Below, piece by piece: positions 63,519 to 64,000 of a DNA stretch of 64,000 bases. This DNA is from an uncultured bacterium. GTDB lineage: Bacteria; Zixibacteria; MSB-5A5; CAIYYT01. The notes under the pieces were generated by a model. That model was not told the origin of the DNA, ran no database searches, and worked only from the letters and a program-made list of their open reading frames with translations. The DNA is taken from NCBI GenBank assembly GCA_963726455.1, contig CAVSCK010000005.1, positions 64,973-128,972 of the forward strand, in the 5' to 3' direction. How positions within the stretch are numbered: the stretch's first letter is position 1; each line of letters begins with the position of its first letter. Both the position numbers and the translations under genes were made by a program.

Positions 63519-64000
63519 TCAGCAACCCGCGCATGGCGCCGGACCGCCGGAGAAAATGTACGATATCAGATAAACAGCATCGGAAATATCAATCGAGCCG
63601 TCGCAGTTCACCTCTCCAGTGCTATATGGCGAAGGCGCCGGGCCGCCGGAGAAGATATAGGCGATCAAATAGACGGCGTCGGAAATATCAACCCCGCCAT
63701 CTCCGTTAGCGTCGCCGCAGACTGCGGGACTGCCGACGGTGACGCACGCACCCTGAAACGCCCCCTGATAAGTAAATAAACCGTGCGTGAGCGACTGCGT
63801 GAAGCTGGAATAAACCGTGTCGCGAATGCAGATTTTCTGGTTTTTCAACGCATTAGTAACCTGGAATCTGACTTTGCAAATCACGCCGCTGCCTGCCGCC
63901 AGAGGCGCGTGTCCCCCGCCCATGTTCGCTCTCAGGTCAAGGGTGGCTACCTTGCCGCCGTTGTAGATGTTGCTGAAGATCGCCTGCTCAAAGCCGGCGC
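63519..64000 (-). CDS. C-terminal part of a protein with cohesin-like segment followed by dockerin-like tandem module (5' end beyond window)
   Basis: Frame stays open to the window end (...FEQAIFSNIYNGGKVATLDLRANMGGGHAPLAAGSGVICKVRFQVTNALKNQKICIRDTV...); ends [26 protein letters not shown]...[32 protein letters not shown]. Confidence 0.5.
   Translation of the reverse strand, partial: AGFEQAIFSNIYNGGKVATLDLRANMGGGHAPLAAGSGVICKVRFQVTNALKNQKICIRDTVYSSFTQSLTHGLFTYQGAFQGACVTVGSPAVCGDANGDGGVDISDAVYLIAYIFSGGPAPSPYSTGEVNCDGSIDISDAVYLISYIFSGGPAPCAGC

Overview
64-kb GC-rich chromosomal segment, most plausibly from an uncultivated FCB-superphylum (Bacteroidota-related) bacterium: two ORFs end in a classic T9SS C-terminal sorting domain (...KMLLLK) and the sigma-70 gene is the short Bacteroidetes-type form. 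Read from the six-frame translations: (i) housekeeping genes fmt (partial), def, yajC, tgt, clpB, prs, rplY, rpmG, sigma-70 and htrA; (ii) an outer-membrane beta-barrel gene and a secreted LamG-like / 4x Fn3-like / T9SS-CTD protein; (iii) a lipoprotein gene followed by an operon of two YkuD L,D-transpeptidases and a third lipoprotein; (iv) a complete phosphate block phoB-phoR-pstS-pstC-pstA-pstB-phoU-DUF47-pit on the minus strand, in which pstA, phoU and the DUF47 gene are each interrupted by frameshifts, with Pho-box-like direct repeats upstream of pstS and phoB; (v) a group 3b-like [NiFe] hydrogenase operon with an embedded cNMP-binding gene, followed by a maturation protease and hypF-hypC-hypD-hypE, plus a membrane-anchored heptahaem cytochrome c; (vi) most strikingly, seven secreted proteins (two M6 metalloproteases, an S8 subtilase with FG-GAP repeats, two tandem paralogs of unknown function, a small Cys-rich protein, and a partial ORF at the window end) that all end in the same cysteine-flanked dockerin-like tandem module, together with three candidate cohesin-like proteins, one of which carries a T9SS CTD. 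This looks like a protease-loaded cohesin-dockerin surface system and is the main candidate for something undescribed. No rRNA, tRNA, CRISPR array or transposase/integrase was recognised by eye. Start codons, identities and GC statements are estimates; nothing was computed or searched against a database.
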